A stretch of DNA of 63,996 nt, counting the filler, from an uncultured Methanosarcinales archaeon (lineage in GTDB: Archaea; Nanobdellota; Nanobdellia; Woesearchaeales; JAGLXL01), in NCBI GenBank assembly GCA_964472345.1. It is 7 parts of 7 records of this genome, joined end to end, with 100 filler letters (N's around TTAATTAATTAA, not from the genome) between each part and the next. Parts side by side here need not be neighbours in the genome. Positions count along the whole stretch, not along the records: positions 1 to 10,253 come from CAYYLB010000046.1; positions 10,354 to 20,129 come from CAYYLB010000048.1; 5 more parts are not named here. The stretch is one strand, 5' to 3'. The notes beneath the pieces are model-generated. The model was not told the origin of the DNA, did not search any database, and was given only the letters and a program-made list of their open reading frames with translations. Shown piece by piece: positions 8,369 to 18,315 of the stretch; position 1 is the first letter of the stretch, and each line of letters starts with the position of its first letter. Both the position numbers and the translations under genes were made by a program.

Positions 8369-9979
8369 TTAATCTTTTTGGTTGGTTGTTTCAATCCCAG
8401 AAAATTCTCGCTGCGGCTGCGGTCCTTCTTTCTTCCGGGCAATCATCTCCCCCAGCATCGGCACCTTCACCGGAATCGCGAACCTGGTGAACGTGCTGGT
8501 GATGATCGCCTCGCCCTTGTCCAGCGATGCGATGTTCCTGCTGTCGCTGCTGAGGTCCTGCGCCGCGGAGTCGATGATCGCGTCACGCTCGGGCTTCATC
8601 TCCAGGCCGAGGATGATCTTGGTGTTCATGCTGGCAAGAATGCTCCGCGGGAGCGCGCTGGGGAGCTGGGTGATGGCAAGCAGGCCGATCCTGAACTTCC
8701 GGCCTTCGCGCGCGATGGTGTCGAAGATGTTGCTCCCTTTCTCGAGCATGTCCTTGCCGAGCACGCGCGGTGCCTCTTCCAGGACGACGGAGACGACCGG
8801 CTTCTGACCAAGTGCGCCTTCGCGTTTGTAGTGCTGGTACCGCTTCAGCAGCTCGGTGACGATGATGCTGCCCACGAGGATCTCGACAGAGCTTGAGCAG
8901 CTTGAGGTGTCTACAATCACGATCCTGCCCCGCTCAAGCTCATTGCAGATGTCGCTGACGGTGGCTGCGCCCGCCTCCGCCGAAAAGATGCCCTGGCCGG
9001 TCAGCTGGCCGCCGTGCGCCCGGACGCCGAGGAGCCCCATCAGCTTACGCTTCACGACAGCGAGCGTCGCAGGGTGGAACAGCGACAAGTCGCCAGCGCC
9101 CCCTTCCGATGCCGCTTCCACCATAGCTTCCCCCGTCGGCTCTCCTGCCGAGCCTTCCGCGCGCTCATCTGCCGCGAGGAGCCGCCCGATCCAGCTTTTC
9201 CCGAAGCGGCTGTACGCGAGATGGACGGCCTGCTGCTGCGCATCCGACCAGCCGGCAACGCCGTCGAAATGCTTCGGCCGGATGTCCGTGATGTTGATCT
9301 TCAGGCTCCGCGCCCCCGGCGGAGGGCTGCTCGGCGTGTAATATGCAAGGCGGGTGCGCGCGTCGGGATGGTCTTTCAGTCCGAGTGCGGTGCGGCCATA
9401 ATACTCGTCATGCGGATCAAGGACAAGCATCCCTGCGAACTGCCCATGCAGCACGCTCCAGAGCATGACGCTGGTGAGGTTTGACTTGCCCCGTCCGGTG
9501 GTCGCGGGAATGAGGATGTGGTGGCTGAGCACTTCCTCTGCAGGCAGGAAGACATCAACATCAAGCACGCTGCGGCCGCTGCGGAGCCTGCCGACGAATA
9601 ACGCGTGCGCCGGCCTGCTGAGAAAGGCGACATCATCCCTAGTGATGGTGCGGAGCGCAGCAAAGAACGGCGGCAGCGTCTTGCACAGCGCTGCCTCATC
9701 CCTGCGGAGCGCGAGCAGCGGCTTGGCGAAGGCGAGCACGTAATTGCGCAACTCTGCGTCAAGAAACTCGATCGGTGCGGCGCCTTCGAGGTGCATGCCG
9801 GAGATCAGCTCGAGGTTCTGCGGAGAAATCTGCGAGCCGTAGACAAGCTCGTATACCTGGAGAAGGATCTTTTCGCCGCCGTGCTCGGCAATGAGCAGCT
9901 CGCCAAGCTGGAGCTGCTCTGCGGCTTTCTGCCGGATGATGATCCTGCCAAGCTCGCCGCCAATGACCTGGCCCTTCAT
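8369..9979 (-). CDS. herA: HerA-family helicase/ATPase
   Basis: HAS-like N-terminus, [13 protein letters not shown]alker [27 protein letters not shown]. Confidence 0.9.
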   Translation of the reverse strand: MKGQVIGGELGRIIIRQKAAEQLQLGELLIAEHGGEKILLQVYELVYGSQISPQNLELISGMHLEGAAPIEFLDAELRNYVLAFAKPLLALRRDEAALCKTLPPFFAALRTITRDDVAFLSRPAHALFVGRLRSGRSVLDVDVFLPAEEVLSHHILIPATTGRGKSNLTSVMLWSVLHGQFAGMLVLDPHDEYYGRTALGLKDHPDARTRLAYYTPSSPPPGARSLKINITDIRPKHFDGVAGWSDAQQQAVHLAYSRFGKSWIGRLLAADERAEGSAGEPTGEAMVEAASEGGAGDLSLFHPATLAVVKRKLMGLLGVRAHGGQLTGQGIFSAEAGAATVSDICNELERGRIVIVDTSSCSSSVEILVGSIIVTELLKRYQHYKREGALGQKPVVSVVLEEAPRVLGKDMLEKGSNIFDTIAREGRKFRIGLLAITQLPSALPRSILASMNTKIILGLEMKPERDAIIDSAAQDLSSDSRNIASLDKGEAIITSTFTRFAIPVKVPMLGEMIARKKEGPQPQREFSGIETTNQKD

Positions 9980-10052
9980 GCGGCGTGCGGACTGCTGCAG
10001 CTATATAAACGTTTAGCGAGCCTGGTATGCCAACAAACATCAAATGAGGCAA

Positions 10053-10175
10053 TTACCCGCGGCATCGATCGCAGTAGTACCGGTTGGCGTTTTCCACCAC
10101 AATCTTGGTGTTGCACGACTTGCAGTACCGCTGGATCTTAAACTTCTTGACGTCTGCAAAGACGTATTGCTTCAT
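10053..10175 (-). CDS. 40-aa zinc-ribbon microprotein (below the ORF-track cutoff)
   Basis: MKQYVFADVKKFKIQRYCKSCNTKIVVENANRYYCDRCRG; two CxxC; AGGTGA RBS. Confidence 0.7.
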   Translation of the reverse strand: MKQYVFADVKKFKIQRYCKSCNTKIVVENANRYYCDRCRG

Positions 10176-10253
10176 CCATTCACCTTTTTTTACAACGAGC
10201 TAGGGGTAGAAAAAACGCTTTGCTATATATAGTTTTCGGCTGTTTTCGACGGA

Positions 10254-10353
10254 NNNNNNNNNNNNNNNNNNNNNNNNNNNNNNNNNNNNNNNNNNNNTTA
10301 ATTAATTAANNNNNNNNNNNNNNNNNNNNNNNNNNNNNNNNNNNNNNNNNNNN
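10254..10353. other. artificial contig linker
   Basis: N-run with TTAATTAATTAA six-frame stop. Confidence 0.98.
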
Positions 10354-10463
10354 TGCAAGCAGCAGAAGTGCGCTTCTGAGCTTGCAAACTCGGAGAGCTT
10401 TGCAAGCACATGCGCACGCCTCGTTCGCGCAGAGCAGGCAGTGCATCGGGCTTCTGCAGAGCC
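10354..10463. repeat. partial MITE-like repeat at contig edge
   Basis: Shares CGCCTCGTTCGC..GAGCAGGCAGTGCATCGGGCTTCTGC with about 57303-57343; ends TTCTGCAGAGCC like the 20557 TIR. Confidence 0.7.
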
Positions 10464-10507
10464 TTTGTCCGGCTACCTTTAAATAATCGTGCTCCCTCCA
10501 GTGATGC

Positions 10508-12115
10508 ATGAAGGCTTCTGACCTGCTCGTGCAGTGCCTTGAGGCAGAAGGGGTGACGCACGTGTTCGGTGTGCCGGGGGAGGAGAACGAGGAGCTGCTG
10601 TTCTCGCTCGAGCGGTCCTCGATCAGGTTTGTCCCGACACGGCATGAGCAGGGCGCTGCGTTCATCGCGGATGTCTATGGCCGCCTGACGGGAAAGGCAG
10701 GCGTCTGCCTCGCGACGCTCGGCCCGGGAGCGACAAACCTCGTGACCGGCGTTGCGGACGCGCAGCTTGACAAGAGCCCCCTGGTCGCGATCACCGGGCA
10801 GGCGAGCACGCACCGGCTGCACAAGGAGAGCCACCAGTTCATCGATGTGGTGAACATGTTCAGGCCCATCGTGAAGTGGAACACCTCGATCAACCGGCCG
10901 GAGATCATCCCGGAAGCGGTGCGGAAGGCGTTCAAGCTTGCGGAGATGGAGAAGCCGGGGGCGACGCATCTTGAGCTGCCGGAGGATGTTGCCGGCCAGG
11001 AAGTGAAGCCATTGCGCCCGCTGCTGCGCACGCGCGTGCGGAGGCCTGCGCCTGACTACAAGGCATTCATGCAGGCGCTTGAGCTGCTGGCGCGCGCTGA
11101 GCGGCCCATCATCATCGCCGGCAACGGGGCGATCCGCAAGCTCGCGTCAAGGCACCTGCGCCTGTTCGTCGAGAATACGCACATCCCCGTGGTCAGCACG
11201 TTCATGGGCAAAGGCGCAGTCGCCGGCAGCGATGCCCGGGCGGTCGGGACGATCGGCGTGCCGGCGGACATCGCGCTTGAAGCGGTGGAGCAGGCGGACG
11301 TGGTGCTGTGCGTCGGCTATGACATCGCGGAGGTCGATCCCGGGCGGTGGAACCCGCGCAAGGACAAGAAGATCATCCACATCGATTTCAGCCCGGCGGA
11401 AGTGTATGAGTATTACCTTCCGGACGTCGAGGTTGTGTGCGACATTTCCGCGGTGCTGTGGGAGTTCAACGAGCGGCTTGCGCACGACGCGCTGGTGTTT
11501 GATGATGCCTGGTTCCAGCCCATCCGGCGGCGGCTGCGGGAGGATATCGCATCGTATGCAGATCAGCGCCTGACGGTTCCTGGGACCGTGACGATCCTGC
11601 GCAGGCTGCTGCGCGCGGATGACCTCCTGATCTCCGATGTCGGGATGCACAAGCTGTGGATTGCGCGCAACTATCTCGCGGAAGAGCCGAACACCTGCAT
11701 CATCTCGAACGGCCTGGCGAGCATGGGGATTGCGGTGCCGGGCGGGATCGCTGCGAAGCTCGCGCATCCGGAGAAGCGTGTGGTGGCTGCGAGCGGCGAT
11801 GGCGGCTTCCTGATGAATTCGCAGGAGATCGAGACGGCAAAACGCCTCGGCGCGGGGTACACGATCGTGGTGTTCAATGACAATGACTACGGGCTCATCA
11901 GCTGGAAGCAGGAGCGTGATGCCGGCAGGACGTTCGGGACGAAACTGACGAATCCCAATTTCAAGAGATACGCGGAAAGCTTCGGGATCCGCGCGTACGC
12001 GCCGCGGACCGTTGAGGAGCTTGAAGCAGCGCTGCGCGAGGCGATTGAAAGCGGGCAGCTGTGCCTCGTTGCGGTTGACATCGATCCAACGGTTAATGCG
12101 AGGCTGATGAGGTGA
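10508..12115 (+). CDS. ThDP-dependent enzyme, acetolactate synthase-like (possibly 2-oxoglutarate decarboxylase type)
   Basis: FGVPGEEN, RHEQGAAF, GPGATN, GDGGFLMNSQE...NDNDYG. Confidence 0.9.
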   Translation: MKASDLLVQCLEAEGVTHVFGVPGEENEELLFSLERSSIRFVPTRHEQGAAFIADVYGRLTGKAGVCLATLGPGATNLVTGVADAQLDKSPLVAITGQASTHRLHKESHQFIDVVNMFRPIVKWNTSINRPEIIPEAVRKAFKLAEMEKPGATHLELPEDVAGQEVKPLRPLLRTRVRRPAPDYKAFMQALELLARAERPIIIAGNGAIRKLASRHLRLFVENTHIPVVSTFMGKGAVAGSDARAVGTIGVPADIALEAVEQADVVLCVGYDIAEVDPGRWNPRKDKKIIHIDFSPAEVYEYYLPDVEVVCDISAVLWEFNERLAHDALVFDDAWFQPIRRRLREDIASYADQRLTVPGTVTILRRLLRADDLLISDVGMHKLWIARNYLAEEPNTCIISNGLASMGIAVPGGIAAKLAHPEKRVVAASGDGGFLMNSQEIETAKRLGAGYTIVVFNDNDYGLISWKQERDAGRTFGTKLTNPNFKRYAESFGIRAYAPRTVEELEAALREAIESGQLCLVAVDIDPTVNARLMR

Positions 12116-12120
12116 ATCCC

Positions 12121-13485
12121 ATGGCATTCCGGTCCATAAACCCCGCGACGGGAAGGGTCATTGAGACGGTCGAAGAGCATACGGCTGCGCAGGCCGGGCA
12201 GATCCTGAATGCGGTTGACGCTGCATTTCAGCAGTGGAAGGCGACTTCATTCGCGGAGCGCAGCAGGCTGATGAAGCGCGCGGCTGGGCTGCTGCGCGCG
12301 AAGAAAGAAACGTACGCGCGCATGATGGCCGAGGAGATGGGCAAGCCGATCACGCAGGCCATCGCAGAGGCGGAAAAGTGCGCGCTCGCATGCGACTATT
12401 ATGCGGAGCATGCGGAGGAGTTTTTGAAGCAGGAGGCGGTTGCGACGGACGCGGGCAAGAGCTACGTGCGGTATGAGCCGCTCGGCACGGTGCTTGCGAT
12501 CATGCCGTGGAATTTCCCGTTCTGGCAGGTATTCCGGTTTGCGGCGCCTGCACTGATGGCGGGAAACGCCTGCGTCCTGAAGCATGCATCAAATGTTCCT
12601 CGCTGCGCGCTGGCCATCGAGCAGGCCTTCCGGGAGGCGGGCTTCCCTGAAAACGCGTTCCGCACGCTGCTGACAGGCTCAGCGCAGGTCGAGCAGGTGA
12701 TTGCGCATCCCGCCATCAGGGCAGTCACGCTGACGGGCAGCAACAGGGCCGGCGCAAGCGTCGCGGCGATTGCAGGGAAACACATCAAGAAGACGGTGCT
12801 CGAGCTTGGCGGAAGCGATCCGTTCATCGTGCTCGCGGACGCGGAGATGGGCGGCTGCGCCGCGGGGGCGGCTGCCAGCAGGCTGGTGAATGCCGGGCAG
12901 AGCTGCATCGCGGCAAAGCGGTTCATCGTGGTGAATGAGCGCGTGAATGAGTTCGAAGAGGCCATTGCAGCGCTGATGAATGGCAAAACGATCGGTGATC
13001 CGCTCGATCCTGCAACAGAAATCGGGCCGCTCGCGCGCAGCGAATTCGTCGATGAGCTCGAGCGGCAGGTAAACGAGTCGGTTGCGCAGGGCGCGCGGCT
13101 GGTGACCGGAGGCAGGAGAGTGCCGCGCGCCGGCTTCTTTTACGCACCCACCGTGCTGGGCAGCGTGAGGAAAGGGATGCCGGCGTTCGACGAGGAAGTG
13201 TTCGGGCCGGTCGCTGCGGTCATCGCTGTCGCTGACGAGGAGGAAGCGATCCGCGTCGCGAATGACCATATCTATGGGTTGGGCGCGAGCATCTGGACGC
13301 GCGACACGGAGAAGGCGGAGCGGCTGGCGGCGCGCATCGACGCCGGCCATGTCGCGATCAACGGAATCGTGAAAAGCGATCCGCGGCTGCCGTTCGGCGG
13401 CGTCAAGGCGAGCGGCTACGGGCGCGAGCTCGGCTGCCACGGCATCAGGGAGTTTGTGAATGTGAAGAGCGTCTGGGTGAGGTAG
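12121..13485 (+). CDS. NAD(P)-dependent succinate-semialdehyde dehydrogenase-like aldehyde dehydrogenase
   Basis: PWNFPFWQVFRF, LKHASN, LELGGSDP, GQSCIAAKR, EEVFGP, LPFGGVKASGYGRE. Confidence 0.92.
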   Translation: MAFRSINPATGRVIETVEEHTAAQAGQILNAVDAAFQQWKATSFAERSRLMKRAAGLLRAKKETYARMMAEEMGKPITQAIAEAEKCALACDYYAEHAEEFLKQEAVATDAGKSYVRYEPLGTVLAIMPWNFPFWQVFRFAAPALMAGNACVLKHASNVPRCALAIEQAFREAGFPENAFRTLLTGSAQVEQVIAHPAIRAVTLTGSNRAGASVAAIAGKHIKKTVLELGGSDPFIVLADAEMGGCAAGAAASRLVNAGQSCIAAKRFIVVNERVNEFEEAIAALMNGKTIGDPLDPATEIGPLARSEFVDELERQVNESVAQGARLVTGGRRVPRAGFFYAPTVLGSVRKGMPAFDEEVFGPVAAVIAVADEEEAIRVANDHIYGLGASIWTRDTEKAERLAARIDAGHVAINGIVKSDPRLPFGGVKASGYGRELGCHGIREFVNVKSVWVR

Positions 13486-13676
13486 GTTTCTCCGGGGGTA
13501 CGCGGCACGGCCCGCAGGGAGCGTGGCACTGCGCTCCTGGCAAACCATGCGGCGCGAGCGGAGGCGCCGAAGCCTTTAAATAGGACTTACCATCGTTGTG
13601 CATCAACCTATGATTAATGACGCCTCGCACAGGGGCGGAATGAGGGAGCATTCTGATCGCTCCAGGAGGATATCCC

Positions 13677-13997
13677 ATGGCTGAGAAAAACGTCGAAAAA
13701 ATCCTTGAGGCTGTTGAGGTCGCGCGGACGACGGGAAAGATCCGCAAGGGCTCGAATGAAGTGACGAAGGCGATCGAGCGCGGGCAGGCAAAGCTTGTCG
13801 TGGTGGCGCAGGACGTCACTCCGAAAGAGATTGTCATGCACCTCCCGCTGCTCGCGAAGGAGAAGAGCATCCCTTACGTCGAGGTGCCGAAGAAGGACGA
13901 GTTGGGCGCGAGCGCGGGCCTTGGCGTTGGCACCGCAGCGGTTGCGATCGTCCAGGAAGGCGAGGCGAAGAAGCTCGTTGAGGAGATCGTGCGCTGA
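13677..13997 (+). CDS. rpl7ae: 50S ribosomal protein L7Ae
   Basis: [16 protein letters not shown]; conserved L7Ae-S28e-L24e-ndk order. Confidence 0.96.
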   Translation: MAEKNVEKILEAVEVARTTGKIRKGSNEVTKAIERGQAKLVVVAQDVTPKEIVMHLPLLAKEKSIPYVEVPKKDELGASAGLGVGTAAVAIVQEGEAKKLVEEIVR

Positions 13998-13999
13998 TC

Positions 14000-14353
14000 A
14001 TGGCAGACGAGCAGAAACCGGCGGAGAAGGGGCAGCAGCAGGCTGAGAAAGCAAAGCAGCCGCCGGGGGAAGCGCCCAAGGAAGCGGCACGGGAGGCTGC
14101 GCCGGCTGCTCCTCCCGCACCCCGCGGTGACATCACCTTCGCTGAAGCGGTCCCTGCGCAGGTCAAGGAGATTGTCGGGCGGACAGGGATGCGCGGCGAA
14201 GGCGTGCAGGTGCGCTGCCTGATCCTCGAAGGGCGCGACAAGAACAAGACCATCCGGCGGAATGTGAAAGGGCCGATCCGTGTCGGCGACACCCTCATGC
14301 TGACCGAAACAGAAATCGAGGCCCAAAGGCTCAACACGGGCAGGCGAGGATAG
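14000..14353 (+). CDS. rps28e: 30S ribosomal protein S28e with N-terminal low-complexity extension
   Basis: [14 protein letters not shown]...[16 protein letters not shown]. Confidence 0.93.
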   Translation: MADEQKPAEKGQQQAEKAKQPPGEAPKEAAREAAPAAPPAPRGDITFAEAVPAQVKEIVGRTGMRGEGVQVRCLILEGRDKNKTIRRNVKGPIRVGDTLMLTETEIEAQRLNTGRRG

Positions 14354-14557
14354 ATGGCACGGTGCTCATTTTGCGAAGAAACGCTGCGGCCGGGAACGGG
14401 AAAGATGTATGTGAAGAAAGAAGGGAAGATCATGTACTTTTGCTCAGGAAAATGCGAGAAGAACCTGCTGAAGCTGCGGCGGCGCGCCGTCAGCCGGCGC
14501 TGGACACGCGCCTCGCGCAAGCGGAGGACGGCTGCGGGCACGCAGGCATCCCCATGA
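14354..14557 (+). CDS. rpl24e: 50S ribosomal protein L24e
   Basis: CSFC...PGTGKMYV...FCSGKC. Confidence 0.95.
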   Translation: MARCSFCEETLRPGTGKMYVKKEGKIMYFCSGKCEKNLLKLRRRAVSRRWTRASRKRRTAAGTQASP

Positions 14558-14568
14558 GGTGGTGACGG

Positions 14569-15135
14569 ATGAAAGAAAAAACACTCGTTTTGATCAAGCC
14601 GGACGGAGTGCAGCGCGCGCTGGTGGGCGAGATCCTGCGGCGCATCGAGCAGACGGGACTGAAGGTCATCGCCCTGAAGATGGTGTATGCGAGCAAGGAG
14701 CTTGCCGCCAAGCACTACGCAGATGATGAGGCATGGCTCCGCAGCGTCGGCGAGAAGGCAAGCAAGGCGGCGCGCGAGCGGGGGGACACGGTCAGCGAGA
14801 CGCCGCTGGAGATCGGGAAGCGCATCCGAAAGCAGCTGATGGACTATATCTCCATGAGCCCGTCGGTCGCTGCCGTCATCGAAGGGCATAACGCGATCGC
14901 GACGGTGCGCAAGCTGATAGGCCCCACAAGCCCCGAGCATGCCGCTCCCGGGACGATCCGCGGCGACTTTACCCATGAGACCTACGTGATGGCGGACGTG
15001 AGAGGGCGGCCGATCCAAAACCTTATCCACGCGTCCGAGTCGGTGAAGGAAGCGGAGCGGGAGATCAAAATCTGGTTCAAGGCAGGCGAGCTGCACGCGT
15101 ATGTGCGCGTCGATGAGGGCCTGCTGTACCGGTGA
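14569..15135 (+). CDS. ndk: nucleoside diphosphate kinase
   Basis: LIKPDGVQR, PGTIRGDF, NLIHASES. Confidence 0.96.
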   Translation: MKEKTLVLIKPDGVQRALVGEILRRIEQTGLKVIALKMVYASKELAAKHYADDEAWLRSVGEKASKAARERGDTVSETPLEIGKRIRKQLMDYISMSPSVAAVIEGHNAIATVRKLIGPTSPEHAAPGTIRGDFTHETYVMADVRGRPIQNLIHASESVKEAEREIKIWFKAGELHAYVRVDEGLLYR

Positions 15136-15140
15136 ATGAG

Positions 15141-17324
15141 ATGGCGGAGAAGTTTGTTGAAAAGATCATACGCCTGATTGGGGTGCGCGACCGCATCCGC
15201 AACATCGGGACGAGCGCCCATATCCACCACGGCAAGACCGCATTTTCTGACAACCTCATCGCCGCGGCAGGGCTGATGTCGCAGGAGCTCGCGGGCGAGG
15301 CGCTGGTGCTGAATTTCCGCCAGGACGAGATTGACCGCTGCATGACCATTGATTCGGCGAATGTCTCGATGGTGCATGACCACCAGGGGGAAGAGTACCT
15401 GATCAACCTTATCGACACGCCCGGGCACGTGGATTTCAGCGGCGACGTCACCCGGGCGATGCGGGCGATCGACGGCACCGTGCTGCTCGTGTGCGCGAGC
15501 GAAGGGGTGATGCCGCAGACGGAGACCGTGCTCAAGCAGGCGCTGCGCGAGCGCGTCAAGCCCGTGCTGTTCATCAACAAGGTCGACCGGCTGATCACGG
15601 AGCTGAAGCTGACGCCCGAGCAGATCCAGGAGCGGTTCGTGAAGATCATCACGCATGTGAACCGGCTCATCAAGGAGATTGCAGAGCCCCAGTACGGGGA
15701 AACGTGGCAGGTGAATGTCGCGGACGGCAGCGTCGCGTTCGGCTCTGCGAGAGAAAACTGGGCATTGAGCGTGCCCCACATGCAGAAGAAAAGCGTTTCC
15801 TTCAAGGACATCATCGATATCTACAAAGGATGGGAAGGCAAGGAGCGCGAAGTGCAGCTGTTCCAGAAGGCGCCGTTATTTGAAGTCGTGCTCGACATGG
15901 TGATTAAGCACCTGCCAAGCCCGGTGGATGCGCAGAAGTACCGCATCCCGAAGATCTGGCATGGCGATGTGGAAAGCGAATTCGGAAGGTCGCTGCTGAA
16001 CTGCGATGAGGGCGGCAGGCCTGGCTTTGTGGTGACCAAGATCACCATTGAGCCGCAGGTCGGAGAGATCTCGTACGGCAGGCTGTTCTCCGGCATGATG
16101 ACCAAAGGGATGGAAGTCTGGCTGAACCGCGCGAAGCAGAAGCAGCGGGTGCAGCAGATCTTTGTCGCGTACGGGGCGAAGCGCGAGCTGGTCGAGAAAG
16201 TCACCGCGGGGAACATCCTCGGCATCGTCGGCCTGAAAGCGTGGGTGGGCGAAACCGTCACCCTTGAGCCGGAAACGCCGTTTGAGGAGATTGTGCACAT
16301 CTTCGAGCCGGTTATTTCAAAGGCGATCGAGCCGGCCAAGCCGAGCGACCTGCCGAAGCTCGTTGAGGTGCTGCGGAAGGTGAGCAAGGAGGATCCCACC
16401 ATCCGTGTCGAGATCAACGAGGAGACCGGCGAGAACATCATCAGCGGCATGGGCGAGCTGCACCTTGAAATCGTGGAGAACCGCATCAGGACCGAGCGGG
16501 GGCTTGACGTCAAGACGGGCGGCCCCATCGTGGTGTACCGCGAGGCAATCACGCGCCAGGGCCCGGAAGCGGAAGGCAAGTCGCCCAACAAGCACAACAA
16601 GTTCTACATGAAGGTCGAGCCCGTGGCTCCGGAACTGGCCGCGCTGATCAAAAACGAAAAGATACCGGGCGGACGGTTCAAGAAGAAAGACGACGCGCTC
16701 ATTGAGGGATTGCGCAGCATCGGCTGGGACGCGAAGACCGCGAACCGGGTGAAGGCAATCCACAAGGGAAATGTGTTCCTTGATGCGACGCGGGGCGAAG
16801 TGTACATGATGGAAGTCATTGAGATGGTCATCGAAATGTTTGAGGACGTGATGGGCGCAGGCCCATTGGCGCGCGAGCCGTGCGTGAACGTGATGGTGAC
16901 GCTGACCGATGTCAAGCTGCACGAGGATGCCATCCACCGCGGGCCTGCACAGGTGTATCCGGCGGTGAGGGATTCGATCCGCGGCACGATGATGCTCGCA
17001 GGCCCCGTGCTGTACGAGCCGCTCCAGCTCCTGCGCATCGAGGCTCCGGCGGACTTCATGGGAGCGCTTTCGGGGCTGGTGACGTCAAAGCGCGGGCAGC
17101 TGATCGACATGACGCAGGAAGGCTCGCTTGCGGTAATCAAGGCAAAGATGCCGGTCGCGGAGATGTTCAGCTGGAGCAGCGACCTGCGGAGCGCGACCGA
17201 AGGGCGGGGCACCTTCTCGATTGTCGACCAGGTGTTTGAGAAGGTGCCGAACGAGCTGCAGGCAACGGTGCGCGCGGACATCATCAGGCGCAAGGGACTC
17301 AAGCCCGGGGAAGTCGGGGCGTAG
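15141..17324 (+). CDS. fusA: archaeal translation elongation factor EF-2
   Basis: AHIHHGKT, DTPGHVDF, NKVD, GMGELHL, SPNKHN, DAIHRGPAQ diphthamide loop. Confidence 0.96.
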   Translation: MAEKFVEKIIRLIGVRDRIRNIGTSAHIHHGKTAFSDNLIAAAGLMSQELAGEALVLNFRQDEIDRCMTIDSANVSMVHDHQGEEYLINLIDTPGHVDFSGDVTRAMRAIDGTVLLVCASEGVMPQTETVLKQALRERVKPVLFINKVDRLITELKLTPEQIQERFVKIITHVNRLIKEIAEPQYGETWQVNVADGSVAFGSARENWALSVPHMQKKSVSFKDIIDIYKGWEGKEREVQLFQKAPLFEVVLDMVIKHLPSPVDAQKYRIPKIWHGDVESEFGRSLLNCDEGGRPGFVVTKITIEPQVGEISYGRLFSGMMTKGMEVWLNRAKQKQRVQQIFVAYGAKRELVEKVTAGNILGIVGLKAWVGETVTLEPETPFEEIVHIFEPVISKAIEPAKPSDLPKLVEVLRKVSKEDPTIRVEINEETGENIISGMGELHLEIVENRIRTERGLDVKTGGPIVVYREAITRQGPEAEGKSPNKHNKFYMKVEPVAPELAALIKNEKIPGGRFKKKDDALIEGLRSIGWDAKTANRVKAIHKGNVFLDATRGEVYMMEVIEMVIEMFEDVMGAGPLAREPCVNVMVTLTDVKLHEDAIHRGPAQVYPAVRDSIRGTMMLAGPVLYEPLQLLRIEAPADFMGALSGLVTSKRGQLIDMTQEGSLAVIKAKMPVAEMFSWSSDLRSATEGRGTFSIVDQVFEKVPNELQATVRADIIRRKGLKPGEVGA

Positions 17325-17366
17325 AAGGGAGTCCCTCCCGGCTGGAAAGAATTATGCGATTTACCA

Positions 17367-18248
17367 CTACGGCAGCCGCACCCGCCCTTTCTCCCGCACG
17401 ACCAGATGATCTTTCTCAAGCCCGGCAAGAATGCTCCCCAGGGCTCCCTTCGGCTTCCTGAGCGACCTGCGCAGCGCGGCGAGCGCCATCGCATGAGCTT
17501 CCGTCTCCTTCAGCATGCGCAGCACCATCCCGCGCAGCTGACGGCGCGAGCCTTCAAAGCGCGACTGCGGCCTGCCGACGCGCAGAAACGACTCCTGCTT
17601 CCCGCAACGATACGCCGTACAGCTCTTCCGCAATGGGCAAAGGCCGCATTTCGGCGCAGCGGCGGTGCACACCAGGCTGCCGAAATCCATCAGCGCATTG
17701 CCCCAGTCGCTCCCGCGGCCGTGAGGGACGGCGCCTGACGCGACACGGTCGATCTTCTTCAGCGTGCCGGCGCCATTGAAAAAATACCGTGAGAAGATGC
17801 GGCGGATATTGGTGTCGATCACGGCAACATCCCGGCGGAAGGCAAAGCACTCGAGCGCACGCGCCGTGTAGGGGCCGATGCCCGGCAGGAGCCTGAGCTC
17901 GCCGAACGCCGACGGAAACGAGCCGCGCTCCACAATGGCCTGCGCAGCCCGCTGCAGACTGACCGCACGCCGGTTATAGCCAAGCCCCGACCAGAGCATG
18001 ATCACCTCGCTTGTCTTTGCGTGAGCAAGCTTCCGTGCCGTGGGGAATGCCTTCAGAAACGCCAGGTACTTCGGCACGACACGATCAACCTGCGTCTGCT
18101 GCAGCATGATTTCAGAAACGAGGATCCGGTAAGGCTCGCCGATGGTGCGCCACGGAAGCTCGCGCCTGTTTGATTGATACCAGGAAAGGACCGCGTGCCG
18201 GAACAATCGCAGATGCGCGGCAGTTTTGCTGGATACGCCGGGAGGCAT
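17367..18248 (-). CDS. mutY: A/G-specific adenine glycosylase (HhH-GPD, Fe-S)
   Basis: LPWR, SEIMLQQTQV, WSGLGY, LPGIGPYTA, DTNIRR, C-x6-C-x2-C-x5-C. Confidence 0.9.
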   Translation of the reverse strand: MPPGVSSKTAAHLRLFRHAVLSWYQSNRRELPWRTIGEPYRILVSEIMLQQTQVDRVVPKYLAFLKAFPTARKLAHAKTSEVIMLWSGLGYNRRAVSLQRAAQAIVERGSFPSAFGELRLLPGIGPYTARALECFAFRRDVAVIDTNIRRIFSRYFFNGAGTLKKIDRVASGAVPHGRGSDWGNALMDFGSLVCTAAAPKCGLCPLRKSCTAYRCGKQESFLRVGRPQSRFEGSRRQLRGMVLRMLKETEAHAMALAALRRSLRKPKGALGSILAGLEKDHLVVREKGRVRLP

Positions 18249-18315
18249 GGCAGGCGGAGCCCGGGACAATTTAAAAAACCTCGCAACCGGCCATCCACCA
18301 AACAAAAAGAATTCC

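Noticed and set aside
10254..10353. Recurrent TTAATTAATTAA motif within N-runs
   Set aside because: Artificial six-frame-stop contig linker; gene adjacency across it is not biological
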